Positions 25,797-36,200 of a stretch of DNA of 64,000 nt are shown here, in pieces (the stretch's first letter is position 1; each line of letters starts with the position of its first letter). The notes under the pieces are model-generated. The model ran no database searches. It was given only the letters and a program-made list of their open reading frames with translations, and was not told the origin of the DNA. Origin of the DNA: Patescibacteria group bacterium (GTDB lineage Bacteria > Patescibacteriota > Patescibacteriia > Buchananbacterales > UBA6539); NCBI GenBank assembly GCA_041649675.1, contig JBAZMQ010000001.1, forward strand, positions 64,792-128,791. Reading direction: 5' to 3'. A program made the translations under genes and the position numbers.

Positions 25797-26879
25797 ATGA
25801 AAATTATTACTAACCCCATTGAATTGGCAAAAAAATTAGTCAGTATTAAATCAGAAAGCGGCAATGAAGAGGCGGTGACCAAGTTTATATTTAATTATTT
25901 AGCAAGCATTGGTTTAAAACCTAAATTGCAAAAAATTGAAAAGAATAGAAACAATGTTTTTGTAGTCGGCCAGGGACCAGTGCTATTTAATTGCCATATT
26001 GATACCATTCCAATTGGCCAAAAAACTAGCTGGCAGCATAACCCGCTGGGCGAAATTAAGACGGGTAAATTATTTGGCCGCGGTAGCTGCGACACAAAAG
26101 GTAATGCGGCTTGTATTTTGTCAGCCTTAGCAAAAAATCCGAGCCGAAATGTAAGTTGCTCGTTTACAGTGGGCGAAGAAAATACCATGGTTGGCGTTAG
26201 GCAATTAATGAAATTAAGAAGAACTAACTTAAAGCAGATTAAATATTGCGTTAACCTTGAGCCAACCGAATTAAAAATTATCAGCGCACACAAGGGCAGG
26301 ATGTTTTTTACGGTTTTAGCCAGCGGAAAAGCAGCACACGGTTCCGTACCCAGCCAGGGTGATAATGCCATTGTAAAATTAGCCAATGTTACTTTATCAA
26401 TAAATAAATTTGCTACCAGCTTGAAAAAAATAAAACATCCAATTCTGGGAAATCCAACTTTGAATATCGGAGTAATTAAAGGGGGAGTAATGGCTAATAT
26501 TGTACCGGACAAAGCGGAAATTGAAGTTGATGTTAGAATTTTACCGAATCAAGGAATTAAGCAATTTATTGCCAATTTTACTAAGGCCGCCAAACCAGCC
26601 AAGGTAGAATTAATTTCTTATCTTGATCCCGTGGAATTAAAAATCAATTCCGATATTATTGAAAAGATGAAATTAATCCTTAAAGAATTAGGCTTAGAAT
26701 CTAAGTCGCAGGGGATATTTTATACCACTGAATTCAGTGAACTAAAAAAACATAATATTCAAGGTCTGATTTTTGGCGCCGGCAGTATTAATCAAGCCCA
26801 TATGATTGATGAATATGTCAAAATTAAGGAATTGCAACTCTGCCATCAGGCGCTGGGTAAACTAATTAAAATTGTTTAA
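25797..26879 (+). CDS. M20 family metallopeptidase (ArgE/DapE/CPG2-like deacylase)
   Basis: HIDTIP and GRGSCDTKG motifs with a dimerisation-domain insert. Confidence 0.7.
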   Translation: MKIITNPIELAKKLVSIKSESGNEEAVTKFIFNYLASIGLKPKLQKIEKNRNNVFVVGQGPVLFNCHIDTIPIGQKTSWQHNPLGEIKTGKLFGRGSCDTKGNAACILSALAKNPSRNVSCSFTVGEENTMVGVRQLMKLRRTNLKQIKYCVNLEPTELKIISAHKGRMFFTVLASGKAAHGSVPSQGDNAIVKLANVTLSINKFATSLKKIKHPILGNPTLNIGVIKGGVMANIVPDKAEIEVDVRILPNQGIKQFIANFTKAAKPAKVELISYLDPVELKINSDIIEKMKLILKELGLESKSQGIFYTTEFSELKKHNIQGLIFGAGSINQAHMIDEYVKIKELQLCHQALGKLIKIV

Positions 26880-26906
26880 CATTTCACTTAGATTTATTAA
26901 ATAATT

Positions 26907-27545
26907 ATGGCGGCCAAAGAACTAATTCAAAAATTACTTGACTTGCAAAGCGCTTACGCCAGTACTTATCGCAGCGCTGCCACGGCCGAAAGAATGAAGC
27001 ACGTTTTGTCTCACTTCAAAGACGTTGATTTTTTGGCAGAAAAAAATCGTGAGCCATTGATTGAACATGTTGGTCATTTGCCAATAATTGCCAGTTTTCT
27101 TTATCCGTATATTGAACACAAAAAAGAAATCAATCTCGGCCGGGTATTAATTATGTTGGCGATTCACGATATTGGCGAAACAGTAACTGGGGATATTCTT
27201 ACGTTTAAAAAAGAAAAAGCGCATAATTTGAAAGAAAGCAAGGTGGCCAAAAAAATACTGCCAAAAGAGTATCTGCCTTACTATGAAGAATTTGAGTTAA
27301 GAGAAAGTTTTGACGCCAAATTTGCCAAAGCGATTGATGCCCTGGCGCCGGATTTGCACGAACTGTCAATTCCTAAAGTTTCCAAAGCCAGATTTAAAGC
27401 CCTGGGTTTTAACAGTGAAATAATTGAAAAAAAGAAAACCATATATTTTGTCTGGGATAAAACTTTAGCTGAAATTTTTAAAGTGATAATTAAGGCGCAT
27501 CAAAATATTGAGCTTGGTAAACCGACTGGATTTAAAACAAATTAA
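26907..27545 (+). CDS. HD-domain phosphohydrolase (YfbR-like 5'-deoxynucleotidase family)
   Basis: H...LAIHDIGETVTGDI motif. Confidence 0.6.
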   Translation: MAAKELIQKLLDLQSAYASTYRSAATAERMKHVLSHFKDVDFLAEKNREPLIEHVGHLPIIASFLYPYIEHKKEINLGRVLIMLAIHDIGETVTGDILTFKKEKAHNLKESKVAKKILPKEYLPYYEEFELRESFDAKFAKAIDALAPDLHELSIPKVSKARFKALGFNSEIIEKKKTIYFVWDKTLAEIFKVIIKAHQNIELGKPTGFKTN

Positions 27546-27642
27546 TTTATTAGTCATTTTGAGTTTAAAAAAACTCCAATTTATTAATTTCCAATTTATT
27601 GGAGGGTTTTTAATAAAAATAAGTGGAAGTTTTTTGTTCCAC

Positions 27643-28332
27643 TTATATAGATCCAATAATCGGCAAAAGATCGGCCATGTTTGAAATAATAGGGAAATGC
27701 GGCCCCCGTCCTGACGCCGCCATTCTAAGACGCCGCTTGGAATAGTAACCGCCGCTAATGGCTACTGTTTTCATGCCTAGCTGCCAGCCAATTTCAGTTT
27801 CCTCCGGGCTGTCTCCGACGATGAAACATTTCGCAGGATTATATCTGCCGTCAGCAAGGAACGCAGACATCTTTTCCAGCTTATTTCTTTGCACCATTGA
27901 AGTCTGGCCGGCGGTATTAGCCAGGACAGCGGAAAAAGAATGTTGCAGCCGCCACCTCTTAAGCTGTGCTTCAATACCCCATTTGGTGTGATTGCTCAGA
28001 ATTATAGCGGGTATTGATTCTGTTTCAAGGTAGGAAAGAACTTGACGGACGCCCTTTCTGGTTCGCAGTTTGCAAACTCTGGGTTCATAGAATCCGTGAA
28101 AAACCTCACCCATTCTTTCCGGCTCAGATTCGAGTTGTTGCCTATTACAGCCATGAAGTCTGTAAAATTCTACGGCCGGAATAATAATCGTTCGACGGTA
28201 CTCTGAGAGTGAAGGCGGATTGCCTCCAAAGGCAGTGATAACAGCGTCATCCGCTTCCTTGCAGGCCTGCGTATCGGCTATAATCGTTCCATTAAAGTCA
28301 AAAGCAACTAATTGAACCTTGTTATCTGTCAT
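27643..28332 (-). CDS. HAD-superfamily hydrolase
   Basis: LVAFDFNGT (DxDGT-like motif I) and a C-terminal GDSPEE-like motif IV; GC-rich gene. Confidence 0.6.
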   Translation of the reverse strand: MTDNKVQLVAFDFNGTIIADTQACKEADDAVITAFGGNPPSLSEYRRTIIIPAVEFYRLHGCNRQQLESEPERMGEVFHGFYEPRVCKLRTRKGVRQVLSYLETESIPAIILSNHTKWGIEAQLKRWRLQHSFSAVLANTAGQTSMVQRNKLEKMSAFLADGRYNPAKCFIVGDSPEETEIGWQLGMKTVAISGGYYSKRRLRMAASGRGPHFPIISNMADLLPIIGSI

Positions 28333-28508
28333 CGGACAGCCTCCTTATAGACAATTTGTTCAAACAACAAAATCAATATAAAATATTAACATAGTTTTTT
28401 AATATCGTCAATCGGAATCCGTAAGGCAAGTTTTATCACTCATTAAGACAAGCTTTAAGTAAAAAATCCCCAGACTTATTTTGGAGATTTTTTATATAAA
28501 ATATTTAG

Positions 28509-29204
28509 TTATTCAGTTTTAGCGGTTTGAAGCAATAAGGCTTTGGTCCGTGGGCCAACTGTGCCGTAGCCAGTACTTGATTCGCTGCCTTGGCAAACAA
28601 TTTTTTTGGCGCACTGAAAGCGTTGTAAGGCTTTTTTAGTCATTGAACCAAAGGTAGTTGATTCTTTACCGGCAGAACCAGGGCCGGATTTGGCAACAGT
28701 AAAACCGGCGTTATTAAGAATTTGTTGCAGGGTTTTTACTTGCGAATTAGTATCGCCCAGTTTCAAATTAAGCGTCAGGACCGGGTTAGTATTTTTAACA
28801 CAACCAGCCCAGGGTTTGGTTCCTGAGTTATCGTATAAATTTTTAGCGTAAGCTAAGTTGCCATCAAGGGTGTAGATATCCATGCCTAAGCTGCTGGCAA
28901 AATCAGCATGAATATTTTCGTCAATTTGAAAGACGCCGACATATTGGTGATTGTGTAGCGGCGTGCCGTTGCTAGTATATTGGCGAAAACCGGATTCACA
29001 TTTGGCAATGGAGATCATGGCCGGTATTTGGGCAAAATATGAGCGCACAGCAGCTTCGGTTTGGACTAATGTGGGCAGGGTAGTTGTGGCTGTGGTCGTT
29101 GATGTATCGTCTTGAGCCATGGCTTGGGTGGACAAAATTGTAAATAAAAAAATAGCACTTAATAAGGTGCACCAATTGGTAATATTTTTATTTGTTCCTT
29201 TCAT
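28509..29204 (-). CDS. Secreted cell-wall hydrolase-like protein (transglycosylase/lysozyme-like N-domain plus C-terminal peptidoglycan-binding domain)
   Basis: Signal peptide; IAKCESGFRQ...GVFQI (Rpf/transglycosylase-like) and a PG_binding_1-like C-terminus (TLQQILNNAGFTV...KKALQRFQ). Confidence 0.45.
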   Translation of the reverse strand: MKGTNKNITNWCTLLSAIFLFTILSTQAMAQDDTSTTTATTTLPTLVQTEAAVRSYFAQIPAMISIAKCESGFRQYTSNGTPLHNHQYVGVFQIDENIHADFASSLGMDIYTLDGNLAYAKNLYDNSGTKPWAGCVKNTNPVLTLNLKLGDTNSQVKTLQQILNNAGFTVAKSGPGSAGKESTTFGSMTKKALQRFQCAKKIVCQGSESSTGYGTVGPRTKALLLQTAKTE

Positions 29205-29296
29205 GTTTAAATTTTACCTAAAATATATCAATTTAGCAATCACTTGCTTGGTAATTATTTTGCTTCCAAGTCTTTAGTGAGGTATAATAATTTGGT

Positions 29297-30115
29297 ATGA
29301 ATTTATTTAAAACCAACAATTTAAGCGAGATTAATAATCTGCAGCAAGAGATTATTGATGAATTCAGTTCGGAATTAACCCAGGATAAATATTTGGAAAT
29401 TGGCCAAAAAGGTTTGTGGCAAAGCGAGGAAATTTTAATTGATAAATATTTTGCCAAAAATTCCAGCGTTTTGGATGTTGGCTGCGGCAGTGGCCGGACA
29501 ACGCTGCCTTTGTTTCAAAAAGGCTATCAAGTGATTGGCGTTGATCTAACGCCTAAAATGATTGAGTCGGCCAAAAAAATTATTACTGCCAAAAATCTGA
29601 ATATTGATTATCAAATCGGGGATGCAACGAAATTAGAGTTTAAAGACAATTTTTTTGACAATGCGATTTTTGCCAATAACGGCTGGACGCAAATTCCCAG
29701 TCAAGCAAAAAGACAAAAAGCCTTAGACGAAATTTACCGGGTCTTAAAGCCGAGTGGTTATTTTATTTTTACCACTCACAAAAGAAATTATTCCCTTTCC
29801 CGGTCAATATTTTGGGTCGGCCAATGGATAAAAGTCTATATTTTAAAACCTTTAGGTTATAATATTAAAGAGATTGAATTTGGTGACCTCTTTTTCCAAA
29901 GAAATGTGAGTGGTAAAAATTTAGACCAAAAGCAGTTTATTCATATACCTAGTGTTGGTGAAGTTAAAAGACAAATTAAGCGGTCTGGGTTTAAATTAAT
30001 TGAAACTGTATTGATGGGTGAACTTTCGTCCAGTGATGCCGCCAGTCGGAGAAGTACGTTGACTAAAAGTGATGATGCTAATAAATCACCGGTCTTTTAT
30101 GTTTGCCAAAAATAA
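29297..30115 (+). CDS. Class I SAM-dependent methyltransferase
   Basis: VLDVGCGSGRTT motif I and motif II DLTP. Confidence 0.7.
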   Translation: MNLFKTNNLSEINNLQQEIIDEFSSELTQDKYLEIGQKGLWQSEEILIDKYFAKNSSVLDVGCGSGRTTLPLFQKGYQVIGVDLTPKMIESAKKIITAKNLNIDYQIGDATKLEFKDNFFDNAIFANNGWTQIPSQAKRQKALDEIYRVLKPSGYFIFTTHKRNYSLSRSIFWVGQWIKVYILKPLGYNIKEIEFGDLFFQRNVSGKNLDQKQFIHIPSVGEVKRQIKRSGFKLIETVLMGELSSSDAASRRSTLTKSDDANKSPVFYVCQK

Positions 30116-30678
30116 TTATGTCAATTTTTAATATATTGCTTATTGCTTTTTCTTTATCGTTTGATGCCGTTGCGGTGGCCATGGCCAATGGCGCCAAGCA
30201 CATTAAAATGCCTTTGGCTAAAGCATTAAAAATTGCCTTTTTCTTTGGCCTTTTTCAGTTTTTGATGCCTATTATTGGCTGGTTTATTGGTGTTAATTTG
30301 CTAGCTTTAATTTCTGGAATTGATCACTGGGTGGCTTTTTTACTTTTAGCCGGCATTGGTGTTAAGATGTTGTTTGAATCGTTTAAACCCGTTGAAGAAA
30401 GACAGATTGATATTCATGGCTGGAATATTTTAATCTTGCTTTCCATCGCCACCAGTGTTGACGCTTTAGCCATAGGAATCACTTTTGCCATTTTGCCAGT
30501 CAATATTTGGTTGGCCGTGACCCTGATTGGGCTAGTAACTTTTATCATGTCAATTTTGGCAATTTACATTGGCAAAAGATGCGGTGAAATTTGGGGGAAA
30601 AAATCAGAAATTGTTGGCGGCTTGATTTTAATTGCTATTGGTTTTAAAATTTTATTAAGTCACATATTAATCAATTAA
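30103..30678 (+). CDS. mntP: Putative manganese efflux pump MntP (DUF204 x2)
   Basis: 191 aa, 6 TM, two DUF204 repeats (SLSFDAVAVA / SVDALAIGITFA). Confidence 0.65.
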   Translation: MPKIIMSIFNILLIAFSLSFDAVAVAMANGAKHIKMPLAKALKIAFFFGLFQFLMPIIGWFIGVNLLALISGIDHWVAFLLLAGIGVKMLFESFKPVEERQIDIHGWNILILLSIATSVDALAIGITFAILPVNIWLAVTLIGLVTFIMSILAIYIGKRCGEIWGKKSEIVGGLILIAIGFKILLSHILIN

Positions 30679-30685
30679 TCTATCT

Positions 30686-31348
30686 ATGAAGAAATTAATT
30701 ATTTTATCAGTCCTTGGTTTAGCCTTGGTTGGTTGTCAAAAAAATACAAATTTAACTCAAGAAATTAACACTAATCAATCTGTCTTGAATCAAAATCAGG
30801 CAGTTAATCAAAATGTCACTATGCCGTCAACTCAAACTAGTCCGACTCCAGATAAAGATTTAAGCAATATTACTAAAGCCATTATTAAAACCAATTTAGG
30901 CAATATCACGGTTGAATTCTTTAATCAAGACGCACCCAAAACTGTGGCTAACTTCGTTAAACTAGCTAGTGCTGGATTTTATGACGGGACAAAATTTCAT
31001 CGAGTAATAAAGGATTTCATGATCCAAGGTGGCGATCCGTTAACTAAAGATGATAGTTTAAAAAATAGTTGGGGAACGGGCGGGCCAGATTATCGGTTTG
31101 CCGATGAAATTAACAGTCATAAATTAGTCAGAGGGTCGCTAGCCATGGCTAATTCCGGACCGGATACCAATGGCTGCCAATTTTTTATCGTTACCGCTGA
31201 ATCTACGCCTTGGCTGGACGGTAAGCACACCAATTTTGGTCAGGTGGTGGCGGGTCTGGATGTAGTTGATAAAATTGAAAATATAAAAACCCAAGGCCCG
31301 GATCGGCCAATTAGTAATGTAATAATTGAGAGTGTTGAACTTAAATAA
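30686..31348 (+). CDS. Cyclophilin-type peptidyl-prolyl cis-trans isomerase (lipoprotein)
   Basis: FHRVIKDFMIQGGDP and MANSGPDTNGCQFFI signatures; lipobox LVGC. Confidence 0.9.
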   Translation: MKKLIILSVLGLALVGCQKNTNLTQEINTNQSVLNQNQAVNQNVTMPSTQTSPTPDKDLSNITKAIIKTNLGNITVEFFNQDAPKTVANFVKLASAGFYDGTKFHRVIKDFMIQGGDPLTKDDSLKNSWGTGGPDYRFADEINSHKLVRGSLAMANSGPDTNGCQFFIVTAESTPWLDGKHTNFGQVVAGLDVVDKIENIKTQGPDRPISNVIIESVELK

Positions 31349-31423
31349 ATAATGGCAATCGCCTAGCAGAAAAGAAGAAAAAGGTGTATAATTTATTGGT
31401 AACAGTCAATAATTAATTAGCAA

Positions 31424-32209
31424 ATGATTGAAGTAAAAAATTTAAGCAAAAAATTTGGTAATTTCACGGCAGTTGATAATATCTCATTTAACGTTAATAA
31501 AGGAGATATTTTTGCTTTTTTGGGTCCAAACGGGGCAGGCAAAACCACCACTATTAAAATGCTTACCACGTTGCTTTTGCCAACCAGTGGCCAGATTCTA
31601 ATTAACGGTCATGATCCGGTTAAAGATCAAAATGCCGTACGCCATTCTTTTGGCATAGTTTTTCAAGACCCGAGTTTGGATGACGAGCTAACAACTTGGG
31701 AAAATATGGAATTTCACGGGGTTTTATACAATGTACCCAAGAAAATCAGACGAAAGAGAATTGAAGAAATGTTGAAATTTGTTGAACTTTGGGACCGCAA
31801 GGACGAACTAGTCAAGAGATTTTCCGGCGGGATGAAGCGACGCTTGGAAATTGCCAGGGGCTTAATCCATCACCCGGCAATTTTATTTTTAGACGAACCG
31901 ACTTTAGGGTTAGATCCGCAAACCAGAAATCATATTTGGAATTATATTAAGGAATTGAATAAGACAGAAGGCATGACGGTATTTTTTACGACTCATTATA
32001 TGGAAGAAGCTGACAAGTCAGCCGGCCAAGTAGCAATTATTGATCACGGTAAAATTATTGCTCTGGGTAGTCCAAATCAGCTAAAGGAAAAAACTAAAAA
32101 ACCATCGCTGGAAGATGCATTTTTGGATTTGACCGGCAAAAGTATTCGGACCGAAGAGGTATCAACTCAAGATCGGATGAGAGTAAACCAAAAAATTTGG
32201 AGGAGATAA
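31424..32209 (+). CDS. ABC transporter ATP-binding protein (ABC-2 type)
   Basis: Walker A GPNGAGKTT, signature FSGGMKRRL, Walker B ILFLDEPT. Confidence 0.85.
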   Translation: MIEVKNLSKKFGNFTAVDNISFNVNKGDIFAFLGPNGAGKTTTIKMLTTLLLPTSGQILINGHDPVKDQNAVRHSFGIVFQDPSLDDELTTWENMEFHGVLYNVPKKIRRKRIEEMLKFVELWDRKDELVKRFSGGMKRRLEIARGLIHHPAILFLDEPTLGLDPQTRNHIWNYIKELNKTEGMTVFFTTHYMEEADKSAGQVAIIDHGKIIALGSPNQLKEKTKKPSLEDAFLDLTGKSIRTEEVSTQDRMRVNQKIWRR

Positions 32210-32213
32210 TTAT

Positions 32214-32960
32214 ATGAATACAATATATATTCTTTGGTTAAGACAACTTAAAAGATATTTTCGATCAAAAGCCAGAATGATTGGATCGCTTGGCCAGCCG
32301 CTTTTATTTTTATTAGCTTTGGGATTTGGTTTTGGACCAATTTATCAAAAAGCCGGGCAGGGGAGTTATTTGCAGTTTATTGGTCCGGGCGTAATTGCCA
32401 TGGCAATAATTTTTACGGCAATTTTTATGGGGATTGAAATAATTTGGGACCGGCAGTTTGGCTTTTTAAAAGAAACTTTGGTCGCGCCAGCTTCCCGGTT
32501 TGAAATTATGATTGGCCGAACTTTGGGTGGCGCTACGGTGGCTGGTTTGCAGGGGGTAATTGTTTTTTTATTGACTTTGGTTGTTGGTTTTCGCCCAATC
32601 AGTTTGGCCTTGCTGCCTTTGGCGTTGGTTTTTGTAATTTTGATTGCTTTGGTTTTTACCGCTTTTGGCACGGCCATTGCCACTCAGCTGCAAGACATGC
32701 AAGCCTTTCCAATCATTATGAATTTTTTAATCATGCCGATATTTTTCTTGTCCGGAGCCTTATTTCCAATTGAAGGTTTTCCCGAACCAGTGGTAGCCGT
32801 AATGCGGCTTAACCCTTTGCTTTATGGCGTTGATGGTCTTCGCGGGGCGCTGATTAACGGAGCCCATATTGGTTTAGTAACTGATTTTTCAATTTTAGCC
32901 GTTATTACTGTCCTTCTTTTAGGTCTTGGTGCTTATCTTTTTTCAAAAATTCAGGTCTAG
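32214..32960 (+). CDS. ABC-2 family transporter permease
   Basis: 6 TM; adjacent to the ABC ATPase. Confidence 0.65.
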   Translation: MNTIYILWLRQLKRYFRSKARMIGSLGQPLLFLLALGFGFGPIYQKAGQGSYLQFIGPGVIAMAIIFTAIFMGIEIIWDRQFGFLKETLVAPASRFEIMIGRTLGGATVAGLQGVIVFLLTLVVGFRPISLALLPLALVFVILIALVFTAFGTAIATQLQDMQAFPIIMNFLIMPIFFLSGALFPIEGFPEPVVAVMRLNPLLYGVDGLRGALINGAHIGLVTDFSILAVITVLLLGLGAYLFSKIQV

Positions 32961-33144
32961 TTAGCTAAAATTTTTTATTATTTTTTACCAATTTCTATTA
33001 TCAGGAAATTGGTTTTTTAAAATTTTTGACCATTGACAAACATTCAAAAATCTGTTAAGAATAGCGTACGAGTTGAACCTTGACAACTAAGCTAAATTTC
33101 GCAAAAGGCGATTATTAGCTTTGTTAATAAAACAGGAAACCAAA

Positions 33145-33178
33145 AAAAAGAAAAAGAAAGAAAAGAAAGGAAGGAGGT
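33145..33178 (+). repeat. Polypurine (A/G) tract
   Basis: aaaaaaaagaaaaagaaagaaaagaaaggaaggagg, upstream of the giant surface protein gene. Confidence 0.9.
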
Positions 33179-33298
33179 GGACCGACACCAAAATCGGTTT
33201 TTTTGTGATGTTGTAATGTGTTAGTCATAGGCTTCAATATTAGGTTGGGGCTTTGGTTTAAAATTGGCAGATCTCAAATAAAGGAAAGGTATTGTGCC

Positions 33299-36200
33299 AT
33301 GAAGAATCGAGTATTGTTGACACTGTTGGTGCTGGCGGTTGTTTTATTGGGCGTTGGTTGCCCTAATTCGGAACCAGAGTTCTCCGTGCCCCGTTACGAC
33401 GCGGCCGGAAACTACCTTGGAACAATGGCACTGTCCAGCTTGGACGTTGTCCAGGATCCACAGGTGGTTTTAAATCCGCCAGACAACCAGATTATCCTGA
33501 CGGCAAAAAACTTCGCGCTGGAGCGAGCGTATGGAGAATTTACCATTTGGGTTAGTAAAGAATACCCAGAGGTGGAACTTTCCTTACAGCTCTTTGGCCC
33601 TAAGAAGGCGGAAGAAGCGGAAAAAAATCTGAGCCATGAGCAGTTGGCAGCATTATCAATATTTGCCAATGCGATTGGGATGGGCCAGCATTTTTCAAGC
33701 TGGACTGATTTTATTCAGGTCCGCAATGGTACAGTCACCGCGACTATACCATTTCCCGAGTTGGTTGTCCGGATGACGGTTATCCGACTTGAATCGGCCT
33801 CAGCTACCAATAGTGATGCTGCCTTTGTCTTTTCCAACCCCTTGCCGTTTGATGAAGGGGAAGGTGAAGAAGGTGAAGGCGAAGGTGAGATTGAAGGCCA
33901 AAATGAAGGCGAAGGTGGAACCGAAGGTGAGATTGAAGGTGAAACACCGGATAATTGCGGCGGCGGAGTCGCCACCATTTCAGTGACGTTCAAACCGAAT
34001 GTCGCACTTTTCAATCTGACCTCACCCACTCCAGCCACAAGCGTGATTGAGTTTGATGTGGCTGGTATGATCGGCGCCAATCTCGCTGCGGCCAGCTACG
34101 TTATTGGTGCAGACACCTTGGTTTACGGACCAAAAGATCTGCAGCCGATTGTTAACTGTTCGGCAAAACTTTTGGTCTGTGATAACCAGAATGATGCAAA
34201 TCAAATTGCAAGTATTATCGTTATATACGACAAGACCAAAGTGCCGACGCCGGCTGGTGGTTTGCCTTCTCTTGGACAGTTGTCGGGCGAAGTCAAACGT
34301 TTGACAGTTGCTTATACCACCAGTAAGTCAATCACCATTGATAAGGCGCCTGGGATTGATGACGCGGACGGAATTGTCTGCGGCAGTGTTTCAGGAGCTA
34401 TTCCTGCGGGTGCCAAAGTGGCAGTACGAACCAAAATCAATGGCAACTGGAAACCATTTCCGCCGTTTGTGGAAGTCGTGAATGGCAAGTGGTGCCACAA
34501 TATCTATGTCGCGACAGGCGACAACCGGTACAGCGAGATCGAAGCCTGGCTAATGGCAGCGGACGCGGACTTTCCGTGGACCGATGCCAAAGCCGACGAT
34601 GTGCCATTGGCGACAACCGTTTACAAGCGGGTGCCGTCAATCAGCATCACTTCATTTCCGCGACCCGGCACCGGCGATCCCGAAATTGTGCGCGTGGATA
34701 CAATCGTATCCGACGCCAGTAAGTACAAATGCGTGATCGAGGCGTTGACAATCGTGGATGGCCACCAGCAATGGGTGATTCAACTCACCAGCGGACAACC
34801 GTTATTGTCGCTTGACGCTTTCAGCCAAGCCGCCGGGACTGTTTCCACTTACCGCGTGCTCAAGTATTGGGCCTGGTTGGTGGAGTATCCGTTGCCCGGG
34901 GCAATTCCTCAGTGTACGGATATCGGTATTGATTGTCTGGGTGAAACGCCGCCATCGGTTCCCGGCTGGGTAGCCTGGAACTGGGTTGGTCTTAACCCGG
35001 CTATTGATACCACGCCACCGGTTATAACCCTCTTGGGTGACAATCCGGCAATCGTTGACGTGTTTACGCCGTGGGTTGACCCGGGCGTTACGATCACGGA
35101 TCCTGATGACGGAGACCTGACAGCAAACCTGGTTGTGACCGGCGCCGTTAACACGTCTGTTCTGGGAACCTACATGGTTCATTACAACGTTTCAGACGCA
35201 TCAGGCAATCCGGCAACGGAAGTGATTCGGACAGTCGTGGTCGTTGATCGCGGTTTTCCGGTGATTACGTTGCCCGTTAGCAGCCCGCAAAGCTGGGACG
35301 TTGGTGTGACATACGTTGCTTCTGTGGCAACGGTTACGGACAACTACGACACCGGCCTTACGGCTCAAGTGGTAGTCAGCGTTGATACGACCAAGCCGGG
35401 ATCAGGCAGTGTAACCTACACGGCCATTGATTCCAGCGGTAATACGACCACGGTTATTTTGGTCGTCAATGTCGTAGACAATACACCGCCAGTGATTGAG
35501 CCAATCGCCGACATAACCATGCACCAATGGGATTTCCAAACAGTGCAGTTGACGGCCACGGACAATATCCCAACCGGGTTGGTTTGGAAGTCGGTCGTTT
35601 CGTCTGACCCGTTGTTGGAACTCGACTTCACGCAAGACGGCTTGGTGCGCTTGTATACACATGATGTCGCTGGTGTTGCTACGGTTACGGTGACCCTGGC
35701 TGATGCCTCGGGTCTGGAAACCATTGCGATATTCCAAGTCACGGTTTGTGAGTGTCAGGGCCCGTTGATTGAGGTTCTCCAGTCGCCGTCATATGGCACT
35801 TGGGACAACCTGCTGGTTAAAGTGACTTGCTACAATCCGAATGACCTGGTGCTTTTCACGCAAGTTAGCGTGCCCAGTGACCTGGAAGCAATATTGCCTC
35901 CCAAACCCGCCGGCCCTTGGTGGCCCAAAGATAATTGGGGCCTTGCCGGTCTTAAGGTGATCGATCCGATCACTAAAGAGGCAAATATTCAGGTGGCCAC
36001 CGGTGGGTTTGACAACACTGCCAACGCAATCAGTGTGGCGGCGGTTCAGGCGGTTGTTAATGGTGTTCCTTTGGCGGCAAGCGATTTGCCACCGGGTAAC
36101 GACTTGCAGCAGGCGTACATTGGTATCGAGCCGTTCCAAATCCGCGGCACATTGAATTCCTTGTTTATAGACAAGACCCCGAAGATCGTTCCGCTTTTCG

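Noticed and set aside
25895-26512. 205-aa antisense ORF inside the M20 peptidase gene
   Set aside because: No motifs; opposite a gene with clear family signatures.
28440-28500. Terminator-like sequence AATCCCCAGACTTATTTTGGAGATTTTTT
   Set aside because: Resembles the 24475-24501 hairpin but the arms are not complementary; probably a degenerate copy, not a functional hairpin.
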